Origin: an uncultured Gammaproteobacteria bacterium
GTDB lineage: Bacteria > Pseudomonadota > Gammaproteobacteria > UBA9214
Assembly: GCA_963827755.1 (NCBI GenBank)
Contig: CAWHCQ010000009.1
Coordinates: 1-64,000 of the forward strand
Length of the DNA: 64,000 bases
Direction: 5' to 3'
The position numbers were made by a program, and so were the translations under genes. Positions 52,665-61,153 of the stretch are shown piece after piece; positions within the stretch are counted from its first letter, which is position 1, and the number at the start of each line of letters is the position of its first letter. Below the pieces are notes generated by a model. The model had not been told where the DNA came from. It did not search any database and worked only from the letters and a program-made list of their open reading frames with translations.

Positions 52665-54413
52665 TTATTGCGCAGTTGCCACGGCTGCCGTTTCCAGGCG
52701 TGCCCTCAGCCGAAACCACAAGCCGGTTGCCAGCACTGCAAGGATGGGCCCGATCGAGGCCATGGACAGCATGCCGAAGCCTTCCACCACCTGCACCGCA
52801 TCGCCGACGCCCAGCCCCATGGCCAGTACCAGCGGTACGGTAACGGGGCCGGTGGTCACTCCGGCGCTGTCCCAGGCAATGTTGACGAACTCCTCGCTGG
52901 ACAGCAAGGTGAGCACGATTGCCAGCAGGTAGGTCGGCAGCAACAGCCAGGCGAGCGGCAGGTCATAGATGATCTTGACCATTCCCAGGGCGATGCCGAA
53001 GGCGACCCCGCCGGAGACGGCGTACATCAGGGTGGATTTTCTGAATACCCCCTGGGTCAGGTTCTGCACGGTGAGCCCGAGGGTGTTCAGCGCCGGTTCG
53101 GCCAGGGTGGCGCCGAAGCCGAGAAACCAGGCGAATACCAGCACCAGGCCGAGGCCGATCGTGTAGAGATACAGCGGCGAGGTTTCAACCGCGGCAATCT
53201 GGGTAAACGCTGCCGGCAACAGGCTGCCGGACTCGCTGCCCAGCCTGGACAGTCCGTGAGTCAGTCCCAGGTTGAAGATGCAGATGCCGGCCACTGTCAG
53301 CACGATGCCATAGCCGATCATGCCGGCGTGCCTGATCTTTTCAGCCAGCACCAGTTTCATCACCAGGTAAAGGAACAAAACGAGCGGCAGGATGGCACGC
53401 AGGCCAAGCACGATTTCCCTGCCGGGCGTCGTCTCGTACCAGGCCGGCACGGCCGCAGACTGGCCGCCGGCCGTGGCGGCCAGCATGATGGACTCGACGG
53501 GGACTGCGGCAGTGACGTAAATGGCCAGGCCGAGCACCCCGATGACGGGAAACAGGGAGGCCAGCGTGACAATGCCGAAGCCGGAGAGGCTTGCATTGCC
53601 TTTGCCTGTCGAGGTGGCGATGCCGATGCCCAGGGCAAGGACCAGCGGCACGGTGACCGGACCCGTGGTGACTGCACCGCAGTCCCAGGCGAGCCCCAGC
53701 ACCTTTTGCAGTTCGGGATGGAACGCGGCATACAGCGACAAACCCAGTGCCGGGACCAGGGTGAGATAAATCATCGGCTTGAGACTCCAGCCATAGAGGA
53801 AGCGCAGGGTACCCAGCACCGCGGCCAGGCCGACACCGCAACCCACCACCAGCACCAGGGCACCGGACCGGTCATTGAGAATGGTGTAAAGATAGGGCGC
53901 GGTCTCCACCGCAACGAGCCGGCCCGCGATCTTCAATGCGCCGATGGCCGGCTCCGCCAGGGTAACGCCGACACCGAGCAGAAAGGTAATGGCCAGGACG
54001 ACCGGCAATGCCGATTTGCGCGGCAGGGTATGGCCGATGATCTCGCCAAGCGGCATCAGCCCCAGCTTCAGTCCCTCCATGAACAACATCAATCCAATGA
54101 TCACGCCGAGCAACCCGAAAGCCATGCTCCAGGGTTCACTGACGACCTGGTTGAGAATAAAGACCAGGAACAGGACCAGGTAGGCAGCCAGCGGGATCAC
54201 GACCCTGAACTGCTCCATGAAACGACCCCGGGCATGGGTCTTGATCAGGCGAAAGATATCGAGGGGGCTTAATGTAACCGGCGGCGCAACATGGGGAATG
54301 ATTTTTCCGTTGGCGTCGAAGCTGACGTCAGGCGTGAGCAGGTTGTAGCTAACCTGGTGCTCGACCAGAGAGACATTACGCAGGTATTCACTGTAGCGGA
54401 TGGTGTCTGTCAT
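52665..54413 (-). CDS. DUF1538 double-domain membrane protein
   Basis: Two copies of AEPA...AWD.G.VTTGPVTVPLVLA.G.G. Confidence 0.9.
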   Translation of the reverse strand: MTDTIRYSEYLRNVSLVEHQVSYNLLTPDVSFDANGKIIPHVAPPVTLSPLDIFRLIKTHARGRFMEQFRVVIPLAAYLVLFLVFILNQVVSEPWSMAFGLLGVIIGLMLFMEGLKLGLMPLGEIIGHTLPRKSALPVVLAITFLLGVGVTLAEPAIGALKIAGRLVAVETAPYLYTILNDRSGALVLVVGCGVGLAAVLGTLRFLYGWSLKPMIYLTLVPALGLSLYAAFHPELQKVLGLAWDCGAVTTGPVTVPLVLALGIGIATSTGKGNASLSGFGIVTLASLFPVIGVLGLAIYVTAAVPVESIMLAATAGGQSAAVPAWYETTPGREIVLGLRAILPLVLFLYLVMKLVLAEKIRHAGMIGYGIVLTVAGICIFNLGLTHGLSRLGSESGSLLPAAFTQIAAVETSPLYLYTIGLGLVLVFAWFLGFGATLAEPALNTLGLTVQNLTQGVFRKSTLMYAVSGGVAFGIALGMVKIIYDLPLAWLLLPTYLLAIVLTLLSSEEFVNIAWDSAGVTTGPVTVPLVLAMGLGVGDAVQVVEGFGMLSMASIGPILAVLATGLWFRLRARLETAAVATAQ

Positions 54414-54452
54414 GGGACTGGAAAATGACCGGCTTTTACTCGCAGGCCCACT

Positions 54453-55592
54453 CTACCCTTTTTTATGTTCGACTGCGCGCCGGCTTTGCGAGTAGCTCCG
54501 CCAGACCTGCAGCTGGAGTGCGCCAAGCCCGAGGACGAACAGGACGAACACCGCAAGGCCGCCGACCACGGGAATAATCTGCACCAGCAGGAGCGCCAGC
54601 AGCGCGAGCACAATGGAGAACACGCGCAGACCCTTGCCTGCGGTTTTCGCCTTGCCGGTGAGACGCAGGCCGGCGTCGCCCACGTAGATCACGCCGCTGA
54701 GGAATCCGCCGAGCAGGGACACCGAGTACCAGGCAAGCAGGGGCAACGCCACCAGCATGCCGATCACGCTGACCAACAGCAGCAGCACCACGAAGGGGGT
54801 GGCGAACAACACGGCAACGCCGATACCCAGCGCGGTAAGGGGTGATCGCCGCAGGCCATCGGCGCCGGCCACGCTGAAGGCCGGGAACAGCAGGTAATAG
54901 ACGCAGCCCGCCACTGCCAGCGCCACAAGGAAAACGAAACCCGCACCCCTGCCCTGCGGTTCCTTGTAAAGCACAGGCCTGGCAATGATGTCGCCCTCGA
55001 TCACGGCCCCGGCGGCAATGTGCGGTTTATTGTCGCTGCGGTAGACCAGGTTTCCCCTGAGCCTGGCGCCAGGAAAAATGCGGATTTCTTCGGCCATGAG
55101 TTCCACGTCGCCCGCGACGTCGGCAGAGACCGTCACGGCCTGCGCCGCCACCTTGAGTTCCCCGCCCACCTGGCCGGCCACGTTCACTTCCCGCCCCGCA
55201 AGCCACGCCCACCCGCCGATGGTCGCAGCCGGCGTGATGTTGACGGTCTCACCGGCGGCGACGACATGACCCGCGACCAATCCTGCGATGCTGACGGAGC
55301 GCCCGGCCGCGCGCACATCGTCGTCGACCCGTGCCCGGACCGTCACGGTCTCGCCGGCAACCAGCACATCGCCGCCCACCGATTCATCGATCGTGACGCG
55401 ATTCCCCGCCGCGACCACATCACCCTTCGCCTGTGCCATCACATCCACGCTGCGACCGGCAACGTACAGGTCATCTTCTATCGTGCCGCGCTTGACCACC
55501 ACCTCCCCGGTCTCCTGTGCAAACAACAGCGACCCGGTCGACAGTGCAATCAGCAGGCCAGGCAGTGTCCAGAATCTATGACGGTTTCGCAT
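54453..55592 (-). CDS. Bactofilin/CcmA-like beta-helix repeat protein with C-terminal TM helices
   Basis: Signal peptide, repeated GDVVAAG/V-x-V units, about five TM segments. Confidence 0.75.
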   Translation of the reverse strand: MRNRHRFWTLPGLLIALSTGSLLFAQETGEVVVKRGTIEDDLYVAGRSVDVMAQAKGDVVAAGNRVTIDESVGGDVLVAGETVTVRARVDDDVRAAGRSVSIAGLVAGHVVAAGETVNITPAATIGGWAWLAGREVNVAGQVGGELKVAAQAVTVSADVAGDVELMAEEIRIFPGARLRGNLVYRSDNKPHIAAGAVIEGDIIARPVLYKEPQGRGAGFVFLVALAVAGCVYYLLFPAFSVAGADGLRRSPLTALGIGVAVLFATPFVVLLLLVSVIGMLVALPLLAWYSVSLLGGFLSGVIYVGDAGLRLTGKAKTAGKGLRVFSIVLALLALLLVQIIPVVGGLAVFVLFVLGLGALQLQVWRSYSQSRRAVEHKKG

Positions 55593-55605
55593 CGCAGGGT
55601 GCGAC

Positions 55606-56016
55606 TTATTCCGGCACGCCCTGCCAGAGCATCTGGTAACCCAGTTCGTAGGTCTCGTCGCAGAATTCCGCCAGCGCCTGGAATTTCTCCTTGAATATGG
55701 TGTCGGCGTGCGATTTCTCGTGCTGTTCGAACGACTTCCAGAAAGTCACGATGGCCAGCTCGCCCTGCTTGATCTTCGCGGCGGTCTCGTTATCTTCCGG
55801 TGACTCGCCAACCGTACCCTCTTCGGAAACAAAACCGGAATACTTGTAGACCTGCCCTGCGATGAAGCCGCCATTCTCGTCGCCATAGGTGTTTTTCACG
55901 ACATTGCACATCTCGCCCAGAGCCAGCTCGACGTCTTCAACAGTGACACCGTCCTTCAGGTCAACCACGTTGAACATCATCACGCAGCCGAAGGGTATTT
56001 CAATGGGTGCAAACAT
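55606..56016 (-). CDS. Dimeric alpha-beta barrel protein resembling the N-terminal half of sulfur oxygenase reductase
   Basis: MC..GFIAGQ, TFWKSFEQHEKSH (HxxxH) and a downstream Glu; GGAG RBS. The ORF is solid, the family call is by eye. Confidence 0.6.
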   Translation of the reverse strand: MFAPIEIPFGCVMMFNVVDLKDGVTVEDVELALGEMCNVVKNTYGDENGGFIAGQVYKYSGFVSEEGTVGESPEDNETAAKIKQGELAIVTFWKSFEQHEKSHADTIFKEKFQALAEFCDETYELGYQMLWQGVPE

Positions 56017-56065
56017 ATTCTTTCTCCGTTAGAGCCAAAAATCCAGGGGACAGTATACGCTACCC

Positions 56066-56090
56066 TGTAGGAGCGGATCTCATCCGCGAT
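56066..56090. repeat. REP family B single copy
   Basis: TGTAGGAGCGGATCTCATCCGCGAT exact match. Confidence 0.9.
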
Positions 56091-56111
56091 CATGGCCTTG
56101 ACCGATACGGA

Positions 56112-56825
56112 TTAACGCGGTGCACGCCAGGGAACAAGCATCGGCACGCGCGACTGGTATTCCCTGTACCTGTCACCGAGTGTTACCACCAGGTCGCGCT
56201 CTTCCAGCAGAGTGCCGGCAATAATCCACGCGCTCCAGAGCACGTTGAACAACAGGCGATCCGCCGTGAGGTCAGGCTGCGACCAGATCATCACAAGGAT
56301 AAAGAAGTATTGCGGATGCCTGACCCATCGATAGGGGCCACGTTCGTCGAGGCAGGCCAGCGGCTCTGATGTGCCGCGCAGATGACAGCTGATCGCCCGC
56401 AAACCGAAGATATCGAATGAGCGCAGCGCCAGGTTGCTCCAGACAATTCCACCGATTGCAGCCACGAACAGGACGCGCATTGCGAGGCGCACCGGGTCGT
56501 TCGCAGTTACCAGCACAGGCTCGGAGACCTGCCAGAGGAACACGACGCCATACAGGCATATTCCGGCGGCGATCGAGTAGGCGGCGCCGTGGTAGTACTC
56601 CGGGGCCAGGCTTGCAAACCACGCCTTGAACACGCGGCGAATCATGCCGCTGTGCTGGGCGAAGAAAACCGCTGAAAGACCCGCATCAAATACCAACACG
56701 GCTGTCGTCTGTTTACAGAAAACCAGCAGTTGCCACGGACCCGTGAAAAGAAAAACGGTAAACGCAACCAGTGCGGTAATTCCAAACAGTGCAGAGAGCA
56801 CCTGTGCAAGCCGGGGTCCGGACAT
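56112..56825 (-). CDS. Isoprenylcysteine carboxylmethyltransferase / MddA-nurim-like membrane methyltransferase
   Basis: FFAQHSGM, FKAW, FDIFGL, GPYRWVRHP, LEERDL, YREY. Confidence 0.8.
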   Translation of the reverse strand: MSGPRLAQVLSALFGITALVAFTVFLFTGPWQLLVFCKQTTAVLVFDAGLSAVFFAQHSGMIRRVFKAWFASLAPEYYHGAAYSIAAGICLYGVVFLWQVSEPVLVTANDPVRLAMRVLFVAAIGGIVWSNLALRSFDIFGLRAISCHLRGTSEPLACLDERGPYRWVRHPQYFFILVMIWSQPDLTADRLLFNVLWSAWIIAGTLLEERDLVVTLGDRYREYQSRVPMLVPWRAPR

Positions 56826-57011
56826 GGATGGCCGGGATTCGCCGCCATCGCCGGACTGCCGTTCGCCTGAACTGTTCTTTTTAATGGGGCCGCACCTGCA
56901 GAAGTTGTTGTGGCAACCGGAAACCGGACCAATAAGCAGCGCGCCTGGCGTTTGTCAGCATCACTTCACGCCCTCGACCGATACAGTCATCCGCCCCGTG
57001 TCCCCGCTATC

Positions 57012-57701
57012 CTACGCCCTGCGCAGGAACGCAAGCCAGCGTGCCAGGTTCAGCAGGCTGGCGAGCGAGCCGGCCACGTAGGTCAGGGCCGCTGCCCGCA
57101 GCACCCTGCGCACGGCCGCCTCGTCATCGGGCTGAATGTAGTGACCGGCGACGAGAATCGGTAACGCCTTGTTGAAGCTGGCGTCGATCTCGACCGGGAG
57201 GGTAACCAGGTGCACCAGGGTGGCGCTGGCCATACTGCCCAGTCCGATGGCGGCCATGAGCAGGCCGGCCGATGGCGCACGGGTGATTGCCAGCGCAACC
57301 GGCAGCAGGAACATGGCACCGGCACCGAGCTGCTGGGTGGTCTGCGCCAGCCTGACCAGGCGATGGCGCAGCGCAAGCTTTGGCTCGTTGCGCTGGTGCT
57401 GTATGGCATGGCCCACCTCGTGCGCAGCCACCGCCACGGCCGTCAGCGAGTTGTGATCGTAGTTGTCGGGACCCAGCCGTACTGCGCGCACTTCCGGATC
57501 ATAGTGATCGCCGCCCGGTTGCGTTTTCTCCACCGGGACATCAGCCATCCCGAACTGGTCCAGCAAATGGCGTGCAAGCTCGCCGCCTGTTCCGGGAATC
57601 CGCGGCAGCACCCCGGCATAACGCCGGAAGGTGTAACGCGCCCACCACTGCGGACCGAATACCAGCAGCAACAGGAACAGGATGATAAGAATAATGTGCA
57701 T
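57012..57701 (-). CDS. Putative neutral zinc metallopeptidase (YugP family)
   Basis: DHYDP, AAHEVGHA, TLPVEIDAS, AAALTYVA. Confidence 0.9.
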   Translation of the reverse strand: MHIILIILFLLLLVFGPQWWARYTFRRYAGVLPRIPGTGGELARHLLDQFGMADVPVEKTQPGGDHYDPEVRAVRLGPDNYDHNSLTAVAVAAHEVGHAIQHQRNEPKLALRHRLVRLAQTTQQLGAGAMFLLPVALAITRAPSAGLLMAAIGLGSMASATLVHLVTLPVEIDASFNKALPILVAGHYIQPDDEAAVRRVLRAAALTYVAGSLASLLNLARWLAFLRRA

Positions 57702-57816
57702 GGCTTATGACTGAATGAACTCTGCCTGATACGTCTTGAACATTGCAAATCAATCGCGTCTGACTCTATTGACTTTGCGCCAGCGGACTGCGTCTGTATA
57801 TCCTATAATTATAGCC

Positions 57817-58356
57817 ATGAAACGAAGCTGCCTGATCAGGCACGGATGGCTGCCGGCGGTGGCGTTGTGCTGCTGCCTGCCCTGCCTTGCGGCCACCGTT
57901 TACAGGACGGTGGATGCAAACGGCGTGGTCAGCTTTTCCAGCACCAAACCGGAAGGCGACGCCCCGGTGGAGACCCTGGTGATCGACACCCTGGCGCCAC
58001 AACCCGGCGATGCAGAGCGGCAACGCCTGCAGGCCATGCGCGAGATCGCCGAGCGCATGGCCGCCGATCGCATGGCGCGCGAGAAACACCGCGCCGAACT
58101 TCGCCTGTTACAGGCACAGGCGCAACGCCGCTACCAGGCTCCGGAGCAACCCCTGCCGGACAACACCCGCCATTACATCGGCTATCCATCAGGATACCCG
58201 CGCTATTACACCTACCCGGCACGACGACCCTGGAAACACGGGCACAGGCCATGGCCAGAGTACCCGCCTGCATGGCCCTCGCCACATCGCCCACGGCAAG
58301 ATCACCGCCCCGGATCCCCCTCTCGCCCCCTGGCAGCGATTAACCCGCAGCGCTGA
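57817..58356 (+). CDS. DUF4124 exported protein
   Basis: Signal peptide, then VYRTVDANGVVSFS. Confidence 0.8.
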   Translation: MKRSCLIRHGWLPAVALCCCLPCLAATVYRTVDANGVVSFSSTKPEGDAPVETLVIDTLAPQPGDAERQRLQAMREIAERMAADRMAREKHRAELRLLQAQAQRRYQAPEQPLPDNTRHYIGYPSGYPRYYTYPARRPWKHGHRPWPEYPPAWPSPHRPRQDHRPGSPSRPLAAINPQR

Positions 58357-58658
58357 TACGCAAGGGCTGGCGCCCTGAAATCGGCACATCAAAGGGATCA
58401 GCCCCCTGTTGTCCTGGTCACCAACAAACAAATAGAACCTCCCCTCCCGCGCAGGGACGGCTGCATGGATGCAGGAGCAATTGCCGAAAGCACCAGGGAA
58501 AAACCCATGGAATCAGCATGTTAGCCTTATATTGCTCAACTCCCCAACCCTCGCCCTGCGGGAGAGAGTAAAGCCGCCGGGCTAACGCAGGCCTGAGCCC
58601 ACTGATTTGAGGAAAATCAACAGCTACCGATACTAATAAGACAAACCCGGAGCTTGCC

Positions 58659-59492
58659 ATGAACAAATTGACATCTTTTTTCGCCCTTGTTGCCGCCCTT
58701 GTTGCCGCCACGATGGCCATCAGCTTCGCGGAAAGTGCACACTCGGGCGAAACAACAGCCGAGGAACCGGCCGTGCCTGTCCAACAAACTCCCGCGCCCG
58801 CAAGCAGGGTTGTGCCGGGTGGCAATGCACAGGCCTGGCAGCAACCGCGCTACTGGCCTGTACCTCAGCGGGGTTACCGTCAAGCGCCGCCTGGCTATCC
58901 ACCGGCCGGACAATACCCGGCCTATCCTGCGGCGCCTGCGGTGGCCCCGGCAGCCCGGGTGAACCCACTCAGTGCCGAACTGAAACAGATACAGGACCAA
59001 TTGACCGCGAAAAGCCGCGAACTGGAAGAGGCCCGCAGCATGCTTGAGCAACTGCGCGGGGACCTGCAGGACAGTCTTGCAGCTGAAGAAGCCCTCTCCG
59101 ACAAGATCGCATACAGCACCCGCGAGCAAAATGCCTTGCGCATGCGCGTGACAGAACTGGTCAAGACACTGAACACGGCCAACGTCACAATGGAACAGCA
59201 GCACCAGCTCATCAACAACCACCAGGCAAGCAACCGGAATCTCACCGCGGAACGCGATCGTCTAAAGAGCGAACTCGCCAGCCGGAACGAACAACTCGCA
59301 GCACTACAGGCTGAACTGCAGGCGGCCACGCAGGCCCTCGCGCAGGCAAGGACCAGCGCCGGCACCGCTGCCGAGGCACTCAGTGCAGCCATGACGCAGA
59401 TCGGCACGCACATGGACGAACTGACCAGGCTTGAAGCCAAACTGCAGCAGCTGGAAACCCGCCTGCAGAACGACTGGAAATCAATCAAGTAA
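58659..59492 (+). CDS. Exported Pro/Tyr-rich coiled-coil protein
   Basis: Signal peptide, PPGYPPAGQYPAY segment, long heptad region. Confidence 0.75.
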   Translation: MNKLTSFFALVAALVAATMAISFAESAHSGETTAEEPAVPVQQTPAPASRVVPGGNAQAWQQPRYWPVPQRGYRQAPPGYPPAGQYPAYPAAPAVAPAARVNPLSAELKQIQDQLTAKSRELEEARSMLEQLRGDLQDSLAAEEALSDKIAYSTREQNALRMRVTELVKTLNTANVTMEQQHQLINNHQASNRNLTAERDRLKSELASRNEQLAALQAELQAATQALAQARTSAGTAAEALSAAMTQIGTHMDELTRLEAKLQQLETRLQNDWKSIK

Positions 59493-59633
59493 AGCAGAAT
59501 CGATCGGAATCGATCGGGTCAGACTCACTACTGTCCCACATAATCATTACGAAAGATTATTGAATGCTGCTATTCCGGTGATTACATTGTGTTGAGCGGT
59601 ATGTGGACATGAAATTCCAAAACAATAATAAAC

Positions 59634-59717
59634 TCATACCCGCGAAGACGGGTATCCAGTAAGTCACTGATTAGCCGGGGCACAAAATTCCTGGATTCCC
59701 GTCTTCGCGGGAATGAC
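59634..59717. repeat. Palindromic element family F (dRS3/RPE-like)
   Basis: TCATACCCGCGAAGACGGGTATCCAG ... CTGGATTCCCGTCTTCGCGGGAATGA. Confidence 0.85.
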
Positions 59718-59734
59718 GGCGTGGAGGCCGGGAC

Positions 59735-59917
59735 TCAGTCGTTACCGGATTCTCTGCCCAATGCGTTACCTATCGTGGCAGACATTGTAGCGATGACCAG
59801 AAAAACGATAAACCCGAAGCCTGCGTTGCCTTCATTGCCAAAACCGTTTCTCAGCATGAGATATATGGCGAACAGATAGGCGCCACCTGCGATGTAGCCC
59901 AGAATTTTACGTATCAT
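59735..59917 (-). CDS. Small two-TM protein (60 aa)
   Basis: GGAGG RBS, two hydrophobic segments, lower GC than neighbours. Confidence 0.6.
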   Translation of the reverse strand: MIRKILGYIAGGAYLFAIYLMLRNGFGNEGNAGFGFIVFLVIATMSATIGNALGRESGND

Positions 59918-60057
59918 GAAAAACCTCCCTGCCGGTAGAATTAGGAGATCTCATCAGCGCCTGTGCATGTACTGATAATCCCCGTCAGGCTGTATATCGG
60001 CAGAAAGCTGAATTTCTGAATAATGGTATCAGGGCATATTTTCTCCTTGCATTAGAG

Positions 60058-61011
60058 TTAGATGCGCCCCGACACCGTATTCTCCCTGACTATCCATACG
60101 TCATCTATTCCGAGCTTTTCTTTAACCGGCACGGCCGCGGCCTTTGCCGCCCTTACCGTGGGGAAGCCCGTTACCTGCAAGCGCCAGTACGTCCTGCCCT
60201 TGACTTCAGCGCTATGGATTTCCACCGCAATATCCATGGATCGCGCCCTGGCGGCAGACAGTTCTATATTTCCCTTGTTTCGTGAAGACATGAGGTTTAT
60301 CGCCCACGGGCCCTTTTTATCGGCGGTTGCCGGTTTGGCGGGCGTCTGTGCGGCTGTTTTCTTGCTGGCCATGGAAGCCCGTGTGACAGGTGTTTGGGGT
60401 GTCATTCCGACAGCGGTCTTGCCTGCAACTGCTTTTGGTCCTGAAGTCGGGCCCGCGCTGGTGGGCTGCAGCTGTGCAGCCCCGGCCCTGATCGTTGCTT
60501 CTGCAGCCGGCAGGACGTCAGTCCGGGTGCCTGCGACTGGCGTCGATTCCGGAATATTGGAAAGCCCGGCCACGGGCGTCTTCCCTGACGGCGGTTTAGC
60601 CGCCGCCGGCTTCAGGCTCTCAGGCCGCGCCGGGGAGTTGATCTGTCCGGGGCTGTCGCCGCCGGCTGCCGGTGTGCCCTGTACGGGCCTGCCGGGTAAG
60701 CGTTGGGGAATGCGCTGTCCAAGTTTCCTGTCCAGCGAGGCGATGGCATTGCCCAGTGCCGCCATCCGCGCATTCAACGAGGTATACCTGCCCTCCAGCA
60801 GGGAGGCGTTGAATACCTGTTCCCGCATTTCGGAAAGCTCGGAGGCCTGCCTGTAGGTGAGTGATTCCAGCTTGCTTAGCCGGTTGTTTACACCGGTCGT
60901 GAAGAGGTAAACGCCTGTGATGCAGATGGCAAGGACAATGATAAGGTATCCATAGTAGAAAGCCCGGTGGGAGCGCTTGTTACGGGGTGGCTGTGGTGCA
61001 TTTGCCTGCAT
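60058..61011 (-). CDS. SPOR domain membrane-anchored protein
   Basis: TM, coiled coil, Pro/Ala linker, then WAINLMS...YWRLQVTGF...DVWI. Confidence 0.8.
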   Translation of the reverse strand: MQANAPQPPRNKRSHRAFYYGYLIIVLAICITGVYLFTTGVNNRLSKLESLTYRQASELSEMREQVFNASLLEGRYTSLNARMAALGNAIASLDRKLGQRIPQRLPGRPVQGTPAAGGDSPGQINSPARPESLKPAAAKPPSGKTPVAGLSNIPESTPVAGTRTDVLPAAEATIRAGAAQLQPTSAGPTSGPKAVAGKTAVGMTPQTPVTRASMASKKTAAQTPAKPATADKKGPWAINLMSSRNKGNIELSAARARSMDIAVEIHSAEVKGRTYWRLQVTGFPTVRAAKAAAVPVKEKLGIDDVWIVRENTVSGRI

Positions 61012-61153
61012 GGCTGCCTCGGTATCTGTAATGGGTTGTTGACAGCCTGAAATATACGATGATTTTCGGAGTATAAGAAGCACAAATGGTGTCGAAGCAC
61101 ATTTAACTCTGATATAAGAAGCAAATGTGCTCCGACATCCCTTATCCGGCCCA

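Noticed and set aside
52644-54272. Long antisense ORFs (also 21573-23024, 26207-27538, 42024-43208, 61142-62572)
   Set aside because: Shadow frames of GC-rich genes with recognisable products on the opposite strand.
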